Source: Alphaproteobacteria bacterium
GTDB taxonomy: Bacteria; Pseudomonadota; Alphaproteobacteria; JASGCL01
Direction: 5' to 3'
Assembly (NCBI GenBank): GCA_051010635.1
Contig: JBPCVJ010000039.1
Span: forward strand, 2,489 to 66,488
Length of the DNA: 64,000 bases
In this document: positions 16,904-27,505 of the stretch, piece after piece
Layout: each line of letters begins with the position of its first letter
Numbering within the stretch: position 1 is the first letter of the stretch
Program-made: the position numbers and the translations under genes
Notes under the pieces: generated by a model
Database searches by the model: none
What the model was told of the DNA's origin: nothing
The model's input: only the letters and a program-made list of their open reading frames with translations

Positions 16904-18397
16904 TTAATAACTAATCCAAATGGTTTTTAAGGCAGTGTATTTATCAAAACTATGCAATGACAAATCACGCCCAAAACCTGATTGCTTAAAACCACCAAAT
17001 GGCATAGTAAAACCACCCGCATCAACATTATTAATTGACAATGTGCCAACATGCACTGTATCAGCCATACGATGTGCCCGTGATAAATTATTTGTCCAAA
17101 CACTACCTGCCAAACCATAGATTGAATCATTTGCCAAACTCACCGCTTCATCATCGCTATCAAACCCGATCACCGATAACACCGGACCAAAAATTTCTTC
17201 TTGGGCTATTTTCATATCATTTTTAACATTATCAAAAATCGTAGGTTCAACAAAAAAACCTTTGCCGTCTATTTTCACTGGATTACCGCCCATCACCAAT
17301 TTAGCCGATTGTTTGCCACTATCAATATAATTTAAAATTTGTTTATGTTGTTTGCCATCAAGCACCGCACCCATCATCGATGTTGGGTCAAGCGGATCTT
17401 TTGGCATATAGTTTTTTTGTCCCCGTTCCATCAGCATAGCGATAAATTTTTCTTTAATTTTATTTTCAACCAACAAACGAGAATTAGCCGAACAAACTTC
17501 CCCTTGGTTATACCAAATACCACGCGCCGCATTATCGGCCGCCATTTCCAAATCGGCATCGGCAAATACTAAATTGGGGCTTTTACCACCGCATTCTAGC
17601 CAAACCGCTTTCATATTTGATTGCCCAGAATATTCAAGAAAATATTTTCCCACTTCGGTTGAACCAGTAAAGGCAATAACATTAATATCCACATGAAGGC
17701 CCATAGCCTTACCACAGGTTTCACCAAAACCGGTAATCACATTCAAAACCCCATCGGGCAAACCAGCCTCCGATGCCAATTTGGCCGCCAATAAAGCTGA
17801 CAATGGCGATTGCTCGGCAGGCTTCAACACCACCGAATTACCAGCCGCCAAGGCAGGTGCTAATTTCCATACCGCCATCTGTAAGGGAAAATTCCACGGC
17901 ACCACCGCACCCACCACACCCACTGCTTCACGCCTTATCATGGCTATGGCATTGTTATCAGGGGTTGGGGTTATTTCATCATAAATTTTATCAACCGCTT
18001 CGGCATACCAACGAATGGTGCCAAATGAAAAAGGAATATCATCATTGTAGGCATAAGAAATTGCCTTGCCCATATCCAAAGTTTCTATCAAGGCAAATAA
18101 TTCTTGGTGTTTTTCAATCAGGTCAGCCCATTTTAATAAAATGGTTTTACGGTCGCTTGGCAACATTTTAGACCAAGCCCCCCCTGTAAAGGCTTGCCGT
18201 GCCGCACGCACCGCAACATCAACATCCTGTTTATCGCATTCGGCTACCTCAACGATCACCTCCTCAGTAGCGGGGTTGATAGTCTTAAATGTCTTACCAC
18301 TTAAAGCATCAACAAATTTTCCATTGATAAAGGCTTTGGTATCTAATTTTAATGATTTGGCTTTTTTTTGCCAATCAGATTTACTAAGCATAGACAT
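16904..18397 (-). CDS. NAD-dependent aldehyde dehydrogenase (PuuC/AldH-like)
   Basis: Contains FTGSTEVGK, ECGGKSP (catalytic Cys) and EEIFGPV. The N-terminus DWQKKAKSLKLDTKAFINGKFVD resembles the PuuC N-terminus. The tracked ORF extends to 18463, but an internal ATG at 18397 is preceded by AGGGGA about 6 nt upstream, so I chose the shorter start. Confidence 0.82.
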   Translation of the reverse strand: MSMLSKSDWQKKAKSLKLDTKAFINGKFVDALSGKTFKTINPATEEVIVEVAECDKQDVDVAVRAARQAFTGGAWSKMLPSDRKTILLKWADLIEKHQELFALIETLDMGKAISYAYNDDIPFSFGTIRWYAEAVDKIYDEITPTPDNNAIAMIRREAVGVVGAVVPWNFPLQMAVWKLAPALAAGNSVVLKPAEQSPLSALLAAKLASEAGLPDGVLNVITGFGETCGKAMGLHVDINVIAFTGSTEVGKYFLEYSGQSNMKAVWLECGGKSPNLVFADADLEMAADNAARGIWYNQGEVCSANSRLLVENKIKEKFIAMLMERGQKNYMPKDPLDPTSMMGAVLDGKQHKQILNYIDSGKQSAKLVMGGNPVKIDGKGFFVEPTIFDNVKNDMKIAQEEIFGPVLSVIGFDSDDEAVSLANDSIYGLAGSVWTNNLSRAHRMADTVHVGTLSINNVDAGGFTMPFGGFKQSGFGRDLSLHSFDKYTALKTIWISY

Positions 18398-18602
18398 AAT
18401 ATGTTTCCCCTTTTTATTTGATATTGTGCCTTTCATTGTATGATAAAAAAATAAAAATAGCAAGCCATAAATTTTTAAAAAATATATCTGCTGTTGGCTT
18501 CAAAATTCTTCACAAATTAATTCTGGCAATCAAATTGCAATGGGTTATAGAAGTTTATAGAATATCAAACAAAAAAATTCCTGAAACCTAAGAATCAATG
18601 AT

Positions 18603-19979
18603 ATGGCAAAAAAATCAATTTTTGTAGTTATTATGGCGGGTGGTCATGGCACCCGTATGAAATCCCGCTTGCCCAAAATTTTACACCCATTGGGCGGCTT
18701 ACCCATCGGTGCCCATGTGATGCATTTGGCAGAAAAACTATTACCCGCCAATATTTTATGCCTGATACCGCCTTCAGATAATACAGAAAAAGATAATGGA
18801 TTAAAAAATCTTTTTTATCCCCATCGTTTATTGACACAAGATAAACCGCTGGGCACGGGTCATGCGGCCAAAATTGCCGCTCAAGAATTTGATAAAGAAT
18901 TTATTGGCGATGATGATGACCGTGCGGTGGTGGTTTTTTTATATGGCGACAGCCCATTATTTCGCTTAAGCACGATCGAAAAATTGATTAGTCAATTAGA
19001 CGACCATGATTTAGCACTTTTAACATTTCAATCTTCTACCCAATATCCATATGGTCGTTTGCAAATAAAAAACCATCAGGTGGTTGATATTATTGAAGCC
19101 AAAGATTATGCCCACACCGCAAACAACCAAGAACAAAATAGCATTTTTAATTCTGGTATCATGGCAGTCAAATGGCAATTGGGCGATAAAAATCTATATG
19201 AGCTATTAACCACCATCAATGCTGATAACCAAGCAGGCGAATATTATTTAACCGACTTGGTAAAAATAGTATCATCAATGGGTTTAAAAACAACCTACCA
19301 AATCACCAATGAAGAGGAATGTTTGGGTATAAATAATCAAAATGATTTGGCGAACGCCACCAAAATTTTACAAGATCGCTGGCGGCAAAATTTTATGGCA
19401 CATGGCGTGCACCTCCCCGACCCATCATCAGTTTTTTTTAGCCACGACACCACCATAGAACCCGATGTTACCATTGAGCCTTTTGTGATGATCCACCCAG
19501 AGGTGCATATAGCATCGGGGGCTGTGATTAAATCTTTTAGCCATTTATCTCAAACTCAGATTGGCAAAAATGCCATTATTGGACCTTATGCCCGCATCCG
19601 CTATGGCACGAAAATTATGAATAATGCCAAGGTGGGAAATTTTGTTGAAATAAAAAACACCATATTTGGCACAAGTGCCAAAGCCAATCATCTCACTTAT
19701 CTTGGTGATAGTGACATTGGTGAAAATGCCAATATTGGTGCTGGTGCCATCACCTGTAATTATGATGGAGAAAAAAAATCGCAAACCACCATCGGCAAAA
19801 ATGCCTTTATCGGTAGCAATAGTGCCTTGGTGGCACCCATAAAAATTGGCGAAGGTGCGGTGGTGGGTGCGGGTAGCACCATTACCAAAGATGTTGATAA
19901 AGACGCCCTTGCCATAGAACGCAGCCAACAAGCAAGCATTCTGGGATATCGACAAAAAAAATGGAAAAATAAAAAATAA
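18603..19979 (+). CDS. glmU: Bifunctional UDP-N-acetylglucosamine pyrophosphorylase / glucosamine-1-phosphate N-acetyltransferase
   Basis: N-terminal VIMAGGHGTRMKS nucleotidyltransferase motif. C-terminal left-handed beta-helix hexapeptide repeats. Confidence 0.92.
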   Translation: MAKKSIFVVIMAGGHGTRMKSRLPKILHPLGGLPIGAHVMHLAEKLLPANILCLIPPSDNTEKDNGLKNLFYPHRLLTQDKPLGTGHAAKIAAQEFDKEFIGDDDDRAVVVFLYGDSPLFRLSTIEKLISQLDDHDLALLTFQSSTQYPYGRLQIKNHQVVDIIEAKDYAHTANNQEQNSIFNSGIMAVKWQLGDKNLYELLTTINADNQAGEYYLTDLVKIVSSMGLKTTYQITNEEECLGINNQNDLANATKILQDRWRQNFMAHGVHLPDPSSVFFSHDTTIEPDVTIEPFVMIHPEVHIASGAVIKSFSHLSQTQIGKNAIIGPYARIRYGTKIMNNAKVGNFVEIKNTIFGTSAKANHLTYLGDSDIGENANIGAGAITCNYDGEKKSQTTIGKNAFIGSNSALVAPIKIGEGAVVGAGSTITKDVDKDALAIERSQQASILGYRQKKWKNKK

Positions 19980-19992
19980 AAAGGCAAAATCT

Positions 19993-21846
19993 ATGTGTGG
20001 CATCATTGGTATTACAGGAACGGACAAAACATCGGTTGCCAGTGATATTTTACAAGGTTTAAGAAGATTAGAATATCGCGGCTATGATTCAGCGGGAATG
20101 GCAATGCTGAATAACAATCAATTTCATCGCTTGCGTAGCAAAGGTCAATTAGACAATTTGATAAAACAATTTAGCCAAAACCCCATAGATGGATTATTGG
20201 GTATCGGGCATACCCGTTGGGCAACCCATGGTATGGCGACCCCCGAAAATGCCCACCCCCATGTTAGCCAACGGGTGGCATTGGTGCATAATGGTATTAT
20301 TGAAAATTACCAAGAATTAAAACATGCGCTTGATAAAAAATATCAAAAGCAATTTACCTCAGAAACCGATACTGAGGTTTTGGTGTATATTTTAACTAGT
20401 TTTTTAGAATCTGGTCTTAGCCCAGAAGATGCGGTTAAAAAAATGTTGCCGATGCTAAAAGGGGCATTTGCCTTTGTTGTTATATTCAAACATTACCCCG
20501 ATACTCTGATAGGGGTAAGACGGGGAAGTCCACTGGCGATTGGTTATGGCAAAAATGGCGATGAAATGTTTTTAGGCTCAGATGCTTTAAGTTTATCGCA
20601 TTTAACCGATCGTGTTAGTTTTTTGGAAGAAGGCGATTGGGTTATATTATCGCCAACCCATGTGATAATCTATGACAAAAATAATCAACAAATTGAACGT
20701 ATCATACATCAATCATTGGCCGAGGCTACATTGGTCAATAAAGGCAATTATGACCATTTTATGTTAAAAGAGATACAGGAACAGCCAACCGTGATGGCAA
20801 TGTTATTACAAGAAATGGTGAATCGTGAAAGTAGCAGTATCATTTTACCAAAACTTAATTTGCCATTGAAAAAAATAGCACAGATTCAAATGGCGGCTTG
20901 TGGCACCGCTTTTTATGCTGGCTTAACTGCACGCCATTGGGCAGAGCGGCTAGCCGAGATTCCTTTTCAATGCGATTTGGCATCTGAAATTCGCTATCGC
21001 CAACCACCATTTCTAAACAATACTTTGGGTCTTATTATTAGCCAATCAGGCGAAACAATGGATAGCCTAGAGGCAATAAGATTTTTTCATAAAAGACATA
21101 TTCCCACCCTTGCCATCATCAATGTTTTACAAAGCACTATCGCACGAGAAGCCCAAGCAACATTATTCACCCATGCTGGTCCAGAAATTGGGGTTGCCAG
21201 CACCAAAGCCTTTACCAGCCAATTATTAACCTTATTATTTTTTATTTTACAATTAGCCAAAGAAAAAAATAACAAAAATTTTGATAAAAAAATTGAACAA
21301 GCATTGGTTAATCATCTTTTGCATTTGCCGCTTATCATGACCAAAACATTGCAACATGACCATGCCGCTAAAATGATTGCTGATAAATTAACCAAGGCAC
21401 GCTCGGTGCTTTATTTGGGGCGGGGGCGGTGTTATCCATTGGCATTAGAGGGCGCGTTAAAATTAAAAGAAATTTCCTATATCCATGCCGAAGGCTATGC
21501 CGCAGGCGAAATGAAACATGGACCAATGGCATTGATAGAAGAGGGGATGCCAATTATTGCTATCATTCCTTATGATGAATTATTTGAAAAAAATATTAGT
21601 AATATACAAGAGGTGATAGCCCGCGGTGGGGTTATATTTGCCTTAACCGATGAAAAAGGCAAAGATGAATTACAAAAAAGAAAATTGGCTATCAAAGGAT
21701 TTTTTACCGTTCCCAACCATGATGTTTTTTTATCACCACTTGTTTTTTCTATCCCCATACAGCTCATTGCCTATTATACCGCGGTGCTAAAAGGGCAAGA
21801 TGTTGATAAACCCCGCAACCTTGCCAAATCAGTTACGGTAGAGTAA
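19993..21846 (+). CDS. glmS: Glutamine--fructose-6-phosphate aminotransferase
   Basis: Begins MCGIIG (Ntn amidotransferase catalytic Cys2). Two SIS domains. 617 aa. Confidence 0.95.
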   Translation: MCGIIGITGTDKTSVASDILQGLRRLEYRGYDSAGMAMLNNNQFHRLRSKGQLDNLIKQFSQNPIDGLLGIGHTRWATHGMATPENAHPHVSQRVALVHNGIIENYQELKHALDKKYQKQFTSETDTEVLVYILTSFLESGLSPEDAVKKMLPMLKGAFAFVVIFKHYPDTLIGVRRGSPLAIGYGKNGDEMFLGSDALSLSHLTDRVSFLEEGDWVILSPTHVIIYDKNNQQIERIIHQSLAEATLVNKGNYDHFMLKEIQEQPTVMAMLLQEMVNRESSSIILPKLNLPLKKIAQIQMAACGTAFYAGLTARHWAERLAEIPFQCDLASEIRYRQPPFLNNTLGLIISQSGETMDSLEAIRFFHKRHIPTLAIINVLQSTIAREAQATLFTHAGPEIGVASTKAFTSQLLTLLFFILQLAKEKNNKNFDKKIEQALVNHLLHLPLIMTKTLQHDHAAKMIADKLTKARSVLYLGRGRCYPLALEGALKLKEISYIHAEGYAAGEMKHGPMALIEEGMPIIAIIPYDELFEKNISNIQEVIARGGVIFALTDEKGKDELQKRKLAIKGFFTVPNHDVFLSPLVFSIPIQLIAYYTAVLKGQDVDKPRNLAKSVTVE

Positions 21847-21883
21847 AAAAAATATCATTATTTTTTTATTATAGTTTTTTGCC

Positions 21884-22549
21884 ATGGGATATTTTTTTAA
21901 ACAATCATTTTTTTATACCAAACTTCTTAGAAGTTATCGTATCACCTATATATTCATAAGTTTAGTCATTGGCAACACCACCAGCCATTTAGCAAAAGCC
22001 GAATGGTTGTTCCAAGCCAATGCAGAATTTTATATCCCTACAGCAACAACTATCAATCAAGATGGCAAAACCGCTAAAATTTCAAATGATCAAGGTGGTG
22101 GTTTTTCAGCCATATGGGGTTATCGCTTTTTACAACATATTGATACGACTTTAGAATATGTTTTTTTACACCATCATTCGCATATAAAATCGGGTGGTCT
22201 TTTCAACCACTTACCTGTCAAAAATTTTTATGTTAGTCACCATCTTGCCTTAGCCAATATCGGTTATCATTTTGGGCGTTATGCGGGTTTAAAAAATTTT
22301 GGTATTGATATCGGCACTGGGTTTGGGGCAGAAATCACCAATGGCGGTGTTGGTTTATATCATGCCAGCCAATTTGTTATGCCATTCAAATTGGCAGTGA
22401 ATTATCAAATCAATGAAATTTTCACAATGGGTATTTATAGTCGCTATTATTTTCCTATTGGTGATAATGGTACAGCCAATGCAAAACCAGCCAGCATTGC
22501 ATCAGTCGGTGCTTTTTCGGCAGGGCTATCTTTGGGATTAAATTTTTGA
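21884..22549 (+). CDS. Outer membrane beta-barrel protein (small)
   Basis: Hydrophobic N-terminal region, alternating beta-strand pattern, and a C-terminal ...SLGLNF with terminal Phe. Confidence 0.5.
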   Translation: MGYFFKQSFFYTKLLRSYRITYIFISLVIGNTTSHLAKAEWLFQANAEFYIPTATTINQDGKTAKISNDQGGGFSAIWGYRFLQHIDTTLEYVFLHHHSHIKSGGLFNHLPVKNFYVSHHLALANIGYHFGRYAGLKNFGIDIGTGFGAEITNGGVGLYHASQFVMPFKLAVNYQINEIFTMGIYSRYYFPIGDNGTANAKPASIASVGAFSAGLSLGLNF

Positions 22550-22564
22550 TAAAACAGGCAAAAT

Positions 22565-22638
22565 AATTTCTATGGCGGGTATGGTTCAGTGGTAGAATGT
22601 CAGCTTCCCATGCTGAAGATGAGGGTTCGATTCCCTCT
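22565..22638 (+). tRNA. tRNA-Gly (anticodon CCC)
   Basis: Hand-folded cloverleaf: acceptor GCGGGTA pairs with TACCCGC, anticodon stem TCAGC/GCTGA, loop TTCCCAT, T-arm GGTTCGATTCC, 3' CCA encoded. Confidence 0.9.
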
Positions 22639-22714
22639 ACCCGCTCCAAAAAATATCTTTTGCTAAAAAATAAGTATTTTACCTTGTGATAAAAAAGCTT
22701 TAAATAAATCAAAT

Positions 22715-23986
22715 ATGCATGATATAAAATTTATTCGTGATGACCCAGCGGGTTTTGATGCGGGCTTAAAACGCCGTGGCTTGCCACAACAAAGCCAAAT
22801 GATTTTAGAACTTGATAATGCTTGGCGGCAAGCACAACAAAAATTAGAAGAAACTCTGGCAAAACGCAATGCGGGTTCTGTGGAAATAGCTAATTTAAAA
22901 AAATCAAACCAGCCGACCAGCGAGGCGATGGCGATGTTGCAAGAATTAAAAAATACCATTTCACAACTTGAAGAGGCATCAACCAAGAAAAAAACCAAAC
23001 TGGATGAATGGCTTGCCACCTTGCCCAACCTACCCGATTCTTCGGTGCCAGATGGCAAGGATGCCAAAGACAATGTTGAAATTCGTAAATATGGTGAGCC
23101 AATAGAATTATCTTTTCCGATTAAATCGCATGATGAATTGGGCATAGATTTAAATATGATGGATCTTGAAACCGCTGCACAGGTGGCAGGGGCAAGATTT
23201 GTATTTTTACGAAAAGACCTAGCCCGATTAGAACGGGCATTGGCACAATTCATGCTTGATACCCATATTGGTGATTTTGGTTATGAAGAAACATCGCCGC
23301 CTCTTTTGGTGCGTTCCAAAACGGTGTATGGCACTGGGCAATTACCAAAATTTGCAAGCGATCTATTTCAAACCACCGACCAAAGATGGCTCATACCCAC
23401 CGCTGAAGTATGCTTAACTTCACAAATGATGGGGCAGGTTTATCACATAAAAGATTTACCCAAACGCTATGTTGCCTTAACGCCATGTTTTCGCTCAGAG
23501 GCAGGGGCGGCAGGCAAAGATACAAAAGGCATTCTCCGCCAACATCAATTTTGGAAGGTTGAATTGGTTAGTATCACCACTGCCGAATCATCTGAAGAAG
23601 AATTGGAACGCATGACCCATTGTGCCGAAACTATATTACAAAAATTGCAATTACCCTATCGCACCATTATTTTATCAAGTGGCGATATGGGTTTTGCCGC
23701 CAAAAAAACCTATGATATTGAGGTTTTTATGTCCGCTCAAGCCAATTATCGTGAAATTTCTTCATGTTCCAATGTTGGCGATTTTCAGGCAAGGCGTTTG
23801 CAAGGGCGTTATAAAGATAATGATGGTGTGGTCAAATTTTTGCATAGTCTTAATGGTTCGGGGCTTGCGGTGGGGCGCACCCTAGCCGCGGTGATGGAAA
23901 ATTATCAAGATAAACAAGGCAACATAAACATACCAACCATATTACAACCTTATATGAATGGGCTTAAAAAAATAGTAAAGGCATAA
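22715..23986 (+). CDS. serS: Seryl-tRNA synthetase
   Basis: N-terminal coiled-coil arm. Class II aaRS core with a typical SerS start (MHDIKFIRDDP...). 423 aa. Confidence 0.95.
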   Translation: MHDIKFIRDDPAGFDAGLKRRGLPQQSQMILELDNAWRQAQQKLEETLAKRNAGSVEIANLKKSNQPTSEAMAMLQELKNTISQLEEASTKKKTKLDEWLATLPNLPDSSVPDGKDAKDNVEIRKYGEPIELSFPIKSHDELGIDLNMMDLETAAQVAGARFVFLRKDLARLERALAQFMLDTHIGDFGYEETSPPLLVRSKTVYGTGQLPKFASDLFQTTDQRWLIPTAEVCLTSQMMGQVYHIKDLPKRYVALTPCFRSEAGAAGKDTKGILRQHQFWKVELVSITTAESSEEELERMTHCAETILQKLQLPYRTIILSSGDMGFAAKKTYDIEVFMSAQANYREISSCSNVGDFQARRLQGRYKDNDGVVKFLHSLNGSGLAVGRTLAAVMENYQDKQGNINIPTILQPYMNGLKKIVKA

Positions 23987-23988
23987 AT

Positions 23989-24804
23989 ATGACAAAAAAA
24001 CTTTTAATTTTATTGATGGTGCCATTTTTTTTATGGGGATGCGAGACCTTGCCATTTCGCTGGGGTGCTGACCTAGATGTGCAAGATATTGTTAGTAAAG
24101 ATAATAAAATTACCAAATTGCAAAAAGCCAAACCAGACAAACAAGTGGCTGAAGGAAGGTTATATAAAACAAAGCTGGTTAGAAAAAAAATTATTTACAA
24201 AGTGCGCAAGGGTGATTCGCTTTATGCACTGGCACGAAAACATAAAATAAAAATATCCACCCTTGCCAGAGACAATAAATTAAAATCAAACGCAAAATTA
24301 AAAATTGGTCAGCGGCTGGTTATCAATAAAAAAGTTCTTAAAAAAGTGCCTATCAAAACTACTAAAAACAATGATGGTATCACCCCGCCAAAAAATCAAA
24401 CCAAAGTTACCAAAACCGCCATCAGCAATTCACGCCAATTTTTATGGCCATTGAATCCTGCCAATTTGACACAAAAATTTGGCAGAGGTATTAGCCAAGA
24501 TGGCATTATTTTATCAGGAACGCTGGGGCAAAATGTATTAGCGACCAATAATGGCTCGGTGATTTATGTTGGCACTGATATTAAACCACTGGGGCTATTG
24601 GTGCTTATCAAACACAATAATGGTTTTGTATCAACCTATGGGCATTTACAAGGTGCTTTGGTTAAAAAAGGCGATACGGTAAAAACTGGGAAAGCCATTG
24701 CCACTTTAGGGCAATCGGGCAAGGCACAACAACCACAATTATATTTTGAAATTAGAAAAAATAATAAACCAACCAATCCCTTAAAATTTTTGGGTGATAG
24801 ATAA
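23989..24804 (+). CDS. LysM-domain M23 metallopeptidase lipoprotein (NlpD/LppB-like murein hydrolase activator)
   Basis: Lipobox LWGC after the signal peptide. LysM region: YKVRKGDSLYALARKHKIKISTLARDN. M23 region: GHLQGALVKKGDTVKTGKAIATLGQSG ... LYFEIRKNNKPTNP. Confidence 0.8.
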   Translation: MTKKLLILLMVPFFLWGCETLPFRWGADLDVQDIVSKDNKITKLQKAKPDKQVAEGRLYKTKLVRKKIIYKVRKGDSLYALARKHKIKISTLARDNKLKSNAKLKIGQRLVINKKVLKKVPIKTTKNNDGITPPKNQTKVTKTAISNSRQFLWPLNPANLTQKFGRGISQDGIILSGTLGQNVLATNNGSVIYVGTDIKPLGLLVLIKHNNGFVSTYGHLQGALVKKGDTVKTGKAIATLGQSGKAQQPQLYFEIRKNNKPTNPLKFLGDR

Positions 24805-24813
24805 AATAATATA

Positions 24814-25392
24814 ATGGATCATCAACCATCCTATAAAACATATTTATCACTTGTCGAATCGCTACAACCTTTTTATGTGTTTGGCTTTGGCTCACTTATA
24901 TGGCATCCAGATTTTGATTATGAAAAAAAATTTTATAGTCGCATTTTGGGGTTTCATCGCCGTTTTGGTTTGTGGTCGATACATTATCGTGGCACCATAG
25001 AAAAACCCGGTTTGGTATTAGGGCTGGATAGGGGCGGCAGCACCACTGGCATTTGTTTTCAAATACCCAATGAAAAAAAAATACCAGTGGCAAAAAAATT
25101 ATGGGAACGGGAAATGATATCGCTGGCTTATCAGCCTTTAATTGCCACGGTGCTTATAGCAAAAGATATGATCCCCATCTATGCCTTGGCTTTTGCGCTT
25201 GACCCTAACCACAAACAATATGTTAAGCCAACATTATCTTTAAAGGATAAAGCGAAAATAATTGCATCAGCATCGGGCAATGGCGGTAGCAACAAAGATT
25301 ATTTTTTTAATATGGCACAAAGTTTAAAAAAAATGAATATCACCGACCATTATATTAATTCATTAGCCAGCGAATTAAAAAATATAGGATAA
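24814..25392 (+). CDS. ChaC-family gamma-glutamylcyclotransferase
   Basis: YVFGFGSLIW (the ChaC YGSLMW motif), WEREMIS, and SGNGGSNKDYFF (compare the ChaC SGPLGTNAQYLF block). Confidence 0.8.
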   Translation: MDHQPSYKTYLSLVESLQPFYVFGFGSLIWHPDFDYEKKFYSRILGFHRRFGLWSIHYRGTIEKPGLVLGLDRGGSTTGICFQIPNEKKIPVAKKLWEREMISLAYQPLIATVLIAKDMIPIYALAFALDPNHKQYVKPTLSLKDKAKIIASASGNGGSNKDYFFNMAQSLKKMNITDHYINSLASELKNIG

Positions 25393-25418
25393 ATAATTTT
25401 TGACGATGTTTATTTTTA

Positions 25419-25495
25419 TGGTCGGAGTGGCAGGATTTGAACCTACGGCCCCTGCCTCCCGAAGGCAGTGCTCTACCAGTCTGAGCTACACTCCG
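25419..25495 (-). tRNA. tRNA-Pro (anticodon CGG)
   Basis: Reverse complement CGGAGTG...CTGCC-TTCGGGA-GGCAG...GGTTCAAATCC...CACTCCG-A-CCA. The acceptor stem and discriminator A match the bacterial tRNA-Pro pattern. Confidence 0.9.
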
Positions 25496-25588
25496 ATGTT
25501 CAGATTGCTTGCCTAGCATGAAATGATGTTTTTTTCATTAAAAAAATCCCACCTATGTTTTTTTTAAAAATTATGTTAATTTAATCGC

Positions 25589-26032
25589 ATGACCATATTA
25601 CATCTTTTGGGTTTATTTGCAGTTTTTTTACTGCTGGCGATGATAGTGCGAAAATTTCTGCCCATTATAATTTTATTATTAACCACCATCTTAATTGGTA
25701 TGGGGCTTTCTTTCTTTTTTGGTTTTATGCCCGATTACAGCAATGGGTTTCGTGCGGGGCTGGTGCAAAAATATTCTGTCAAAGGCATTTTTTTTAAATC
25801 AAATGAATTTATTTTGGTATTACCGATCGAGGGTTTGGTTATGACCGAAGGCAAAATTACCGTGATTGAAATTTCTTGTTTGCCAAAAAAAACCCCTATC
25901 GCTTGTAGGGAGTTAAAAAAAGCCGTGGCAACTCGGGAAAAAATATTGGTTGAATATAATCAATGGTTGAGAAAACCCATCACCCAAGATAGCATTTATA
26001 CGGTAAAATCAGCTACCCCTGTGGATTTATAA
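25589..26032 (+). CDS. Hypothetical small membrane protein
   Basis: Two or three N-terminal hydrophobic helices followed by a soluble C-terminal region. No recognisable motif. Confidence 0.35.
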   Translation: MTILHLLGLFAVFLLLAMIVRKFLPIIILLLTTILIGMGLSFFFGFMPDYSNGFRAGLVQKYSVKGIFFKSNEFILVLPIEGLVMTEGKITVIEISCLPKKTPIACRELKKAVATREKILVEYNQWLRKPITQDSIYTVKSATPVDL

Positions 26033-26084
26033 AAATTTTTTTCTTTAGAAAAAATAAAAATGTTTTTTCTATGACACAAATGAT

Positions 26085-27473
26085 ATGACACAAAAAATTA
26101 TTACCCGTTTTGCCCCATCTCCGACTGGTGATTTACATATTGGCGGCGCCCGCACAGCCCTGTTTAATTATCTTTTTGCTCGCCACCATAATGGCGAATA
26201 TAAATTGCGTATTGAAAACACAGATAAAGAACGCTCAAGCGAAGCCGCTATTGCAACGATATTGGCAGGCCTTAACTGGTTGGGCATCAACCATGATGGC
26301 GAAGCTATTTTGCAATCAGACAATTTTGACCAACATGTAGAAGCCGCAAAACATTTGGTTAAAAAAGATTTAGCTTATGAATGCTATACCACCATTGAAG
26401 AATTACATAATCTACGCACCATGCAAATTGAAAAAAAATTACCACTTAAATATGATGGGCGCTGGCGTCAGCGTGATGAAAATGAACGAAAAAAAATGCG
26501 TCTCAATGGCATAAAACCCACCATTAGAATCAAAATGCCACAGCAGGGTGAAATAAAAATACAAGATATGGTGCAAGGCGACATCAGCGTTCAAAATAGC
26601 GAATTGGATGATTTTATTTTATTACGCGCCGATGGCAGCCCCACCTATATGCTTTCAGCTGTGGTTGATGATATCAATATGCATATTAGCCATATCATCC
26701 GCGGCAGTGATCATTTGACCAATAGTTTTCGCCAATATTATCTATTTCGTGCCCTATTGGCAGACGATAAAAATATTCCACATTTTGCCCATATACCATT
26801 GATATTAAATGAAGCAGGCGAAAAATTATCAAAACGCCAAGGCGGCGCCGCCATCAGCGATTACCAAAAAATGGGGTTATTACCCGAAGCTATGGTGAAT
26901 TATTTATTGCGACTTGGCTGGTCGCATGGCGATGATGAAATTATTTCAATCGCGCAAGGCATCGAATGGTTTGATATAAAGGCGATCGGTAAATCACCCG
27001 CCCGCACCGATACAAAAAAATTAGATTATTTAAACCGCCACTATCTTAGTATAACCCCTGATGACCGATTGGCAAAATTGGCAGATATTGATGATATAAA
27101 AATGAAAAAATTTATTCCCTTGATAAAAACCCGTGTCAATAATTTACACCAATTAAAATCAACCATCGCAATATTAGCAAAAATACCATCCCACCCTATG
27201 GCTAATCAAACCCTTGCCAGCCAATTGCAAAATAAAAAAGATTTACTAAAGGCAATATATGAATTTTTAGCCAGCCAAGATAATTTTACCAAACAGCATC
27301 TTCAAGATTCTATCAAGGCTTGGGGGATAAAACAAAATTTAAAAATAAAAGATGTTGCACCAACCATTCGTCTTGCCTTAAGTGGGTTAGAAAATTCGCC
27401 AAGCTGTTTTGATATGCTAGCTACATTGGGAAAGGATGAATCATTAACACGCTTACAGGCGGCAATGGAATAA
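26085..27473 (+). CDS. gltX: Glutamyl-tRNA synthetase
   Basis: RFAPSPTGDLHIGGARTA (HIGH region) and KLSKRQG (KMSKS-type motif). Confidence 0.95.
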   Translation: MTQKIITRFAPSPTGDLHIGGARTALFNYLFARHHNGEYKLRIENTDKERSSEAAIATILAGLNWLGINHDGEAILQSDNFDQHVEAAKHLVKKDLAYECYTTIEELHNLRTMQIEKKLPLKYDGRWRQRDENERKKMRLNGIKPTIRIKMPQQGEIKIQDMVQGDISVQNSELDDFILLRADGSPTYMLSAVVDDINMHISHIIRGSDHLTNSFRQYYLFRALLADDKNIPHFAHIPLILNEAGEKLSKRQGGAAISDYQKMGLLPEAMVNYLLRLGWSHGDDEIISIAQGIEWFDIKAIGKSPARTDTKKLDYLNRHYLSITPDDRLAKLADIDDIKMKKFIPLIKTRVNNLHQLKSTIAILAKIPSHPMANQTLASQLQNKKDLLKAIYEFLASQDNFTKQHLQDSIKAWGIKQNLKIKDVAPTIRLALSGLENSPSCFDMLATLGKDESLTRLQAAME

Positions 27474-27505
27474 TAGAAAAATATAGTTCATCGTGGTGAA
27501 AAACA

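Noticed and set aside
19545-20027. A 160-aa minus-strand ORF spanning the glmU-glmS junction
   Set aside because: It is antisense to the hexapeptide-repeat region of glmU. It has no motif and crosses two well-supported genes.
22663-23253. A 196-aa minus-strand ORF overlapping serS, and an 85-aa ORF at 22455-22712 overlapping tRNA-Gly
   Set aside because: They are antisense to a strongly supported serS and to a tRNA gene. Their composition is low-complexity (Ser/Ala/Cys-rich), as expected when a coding strand is read in reverse.
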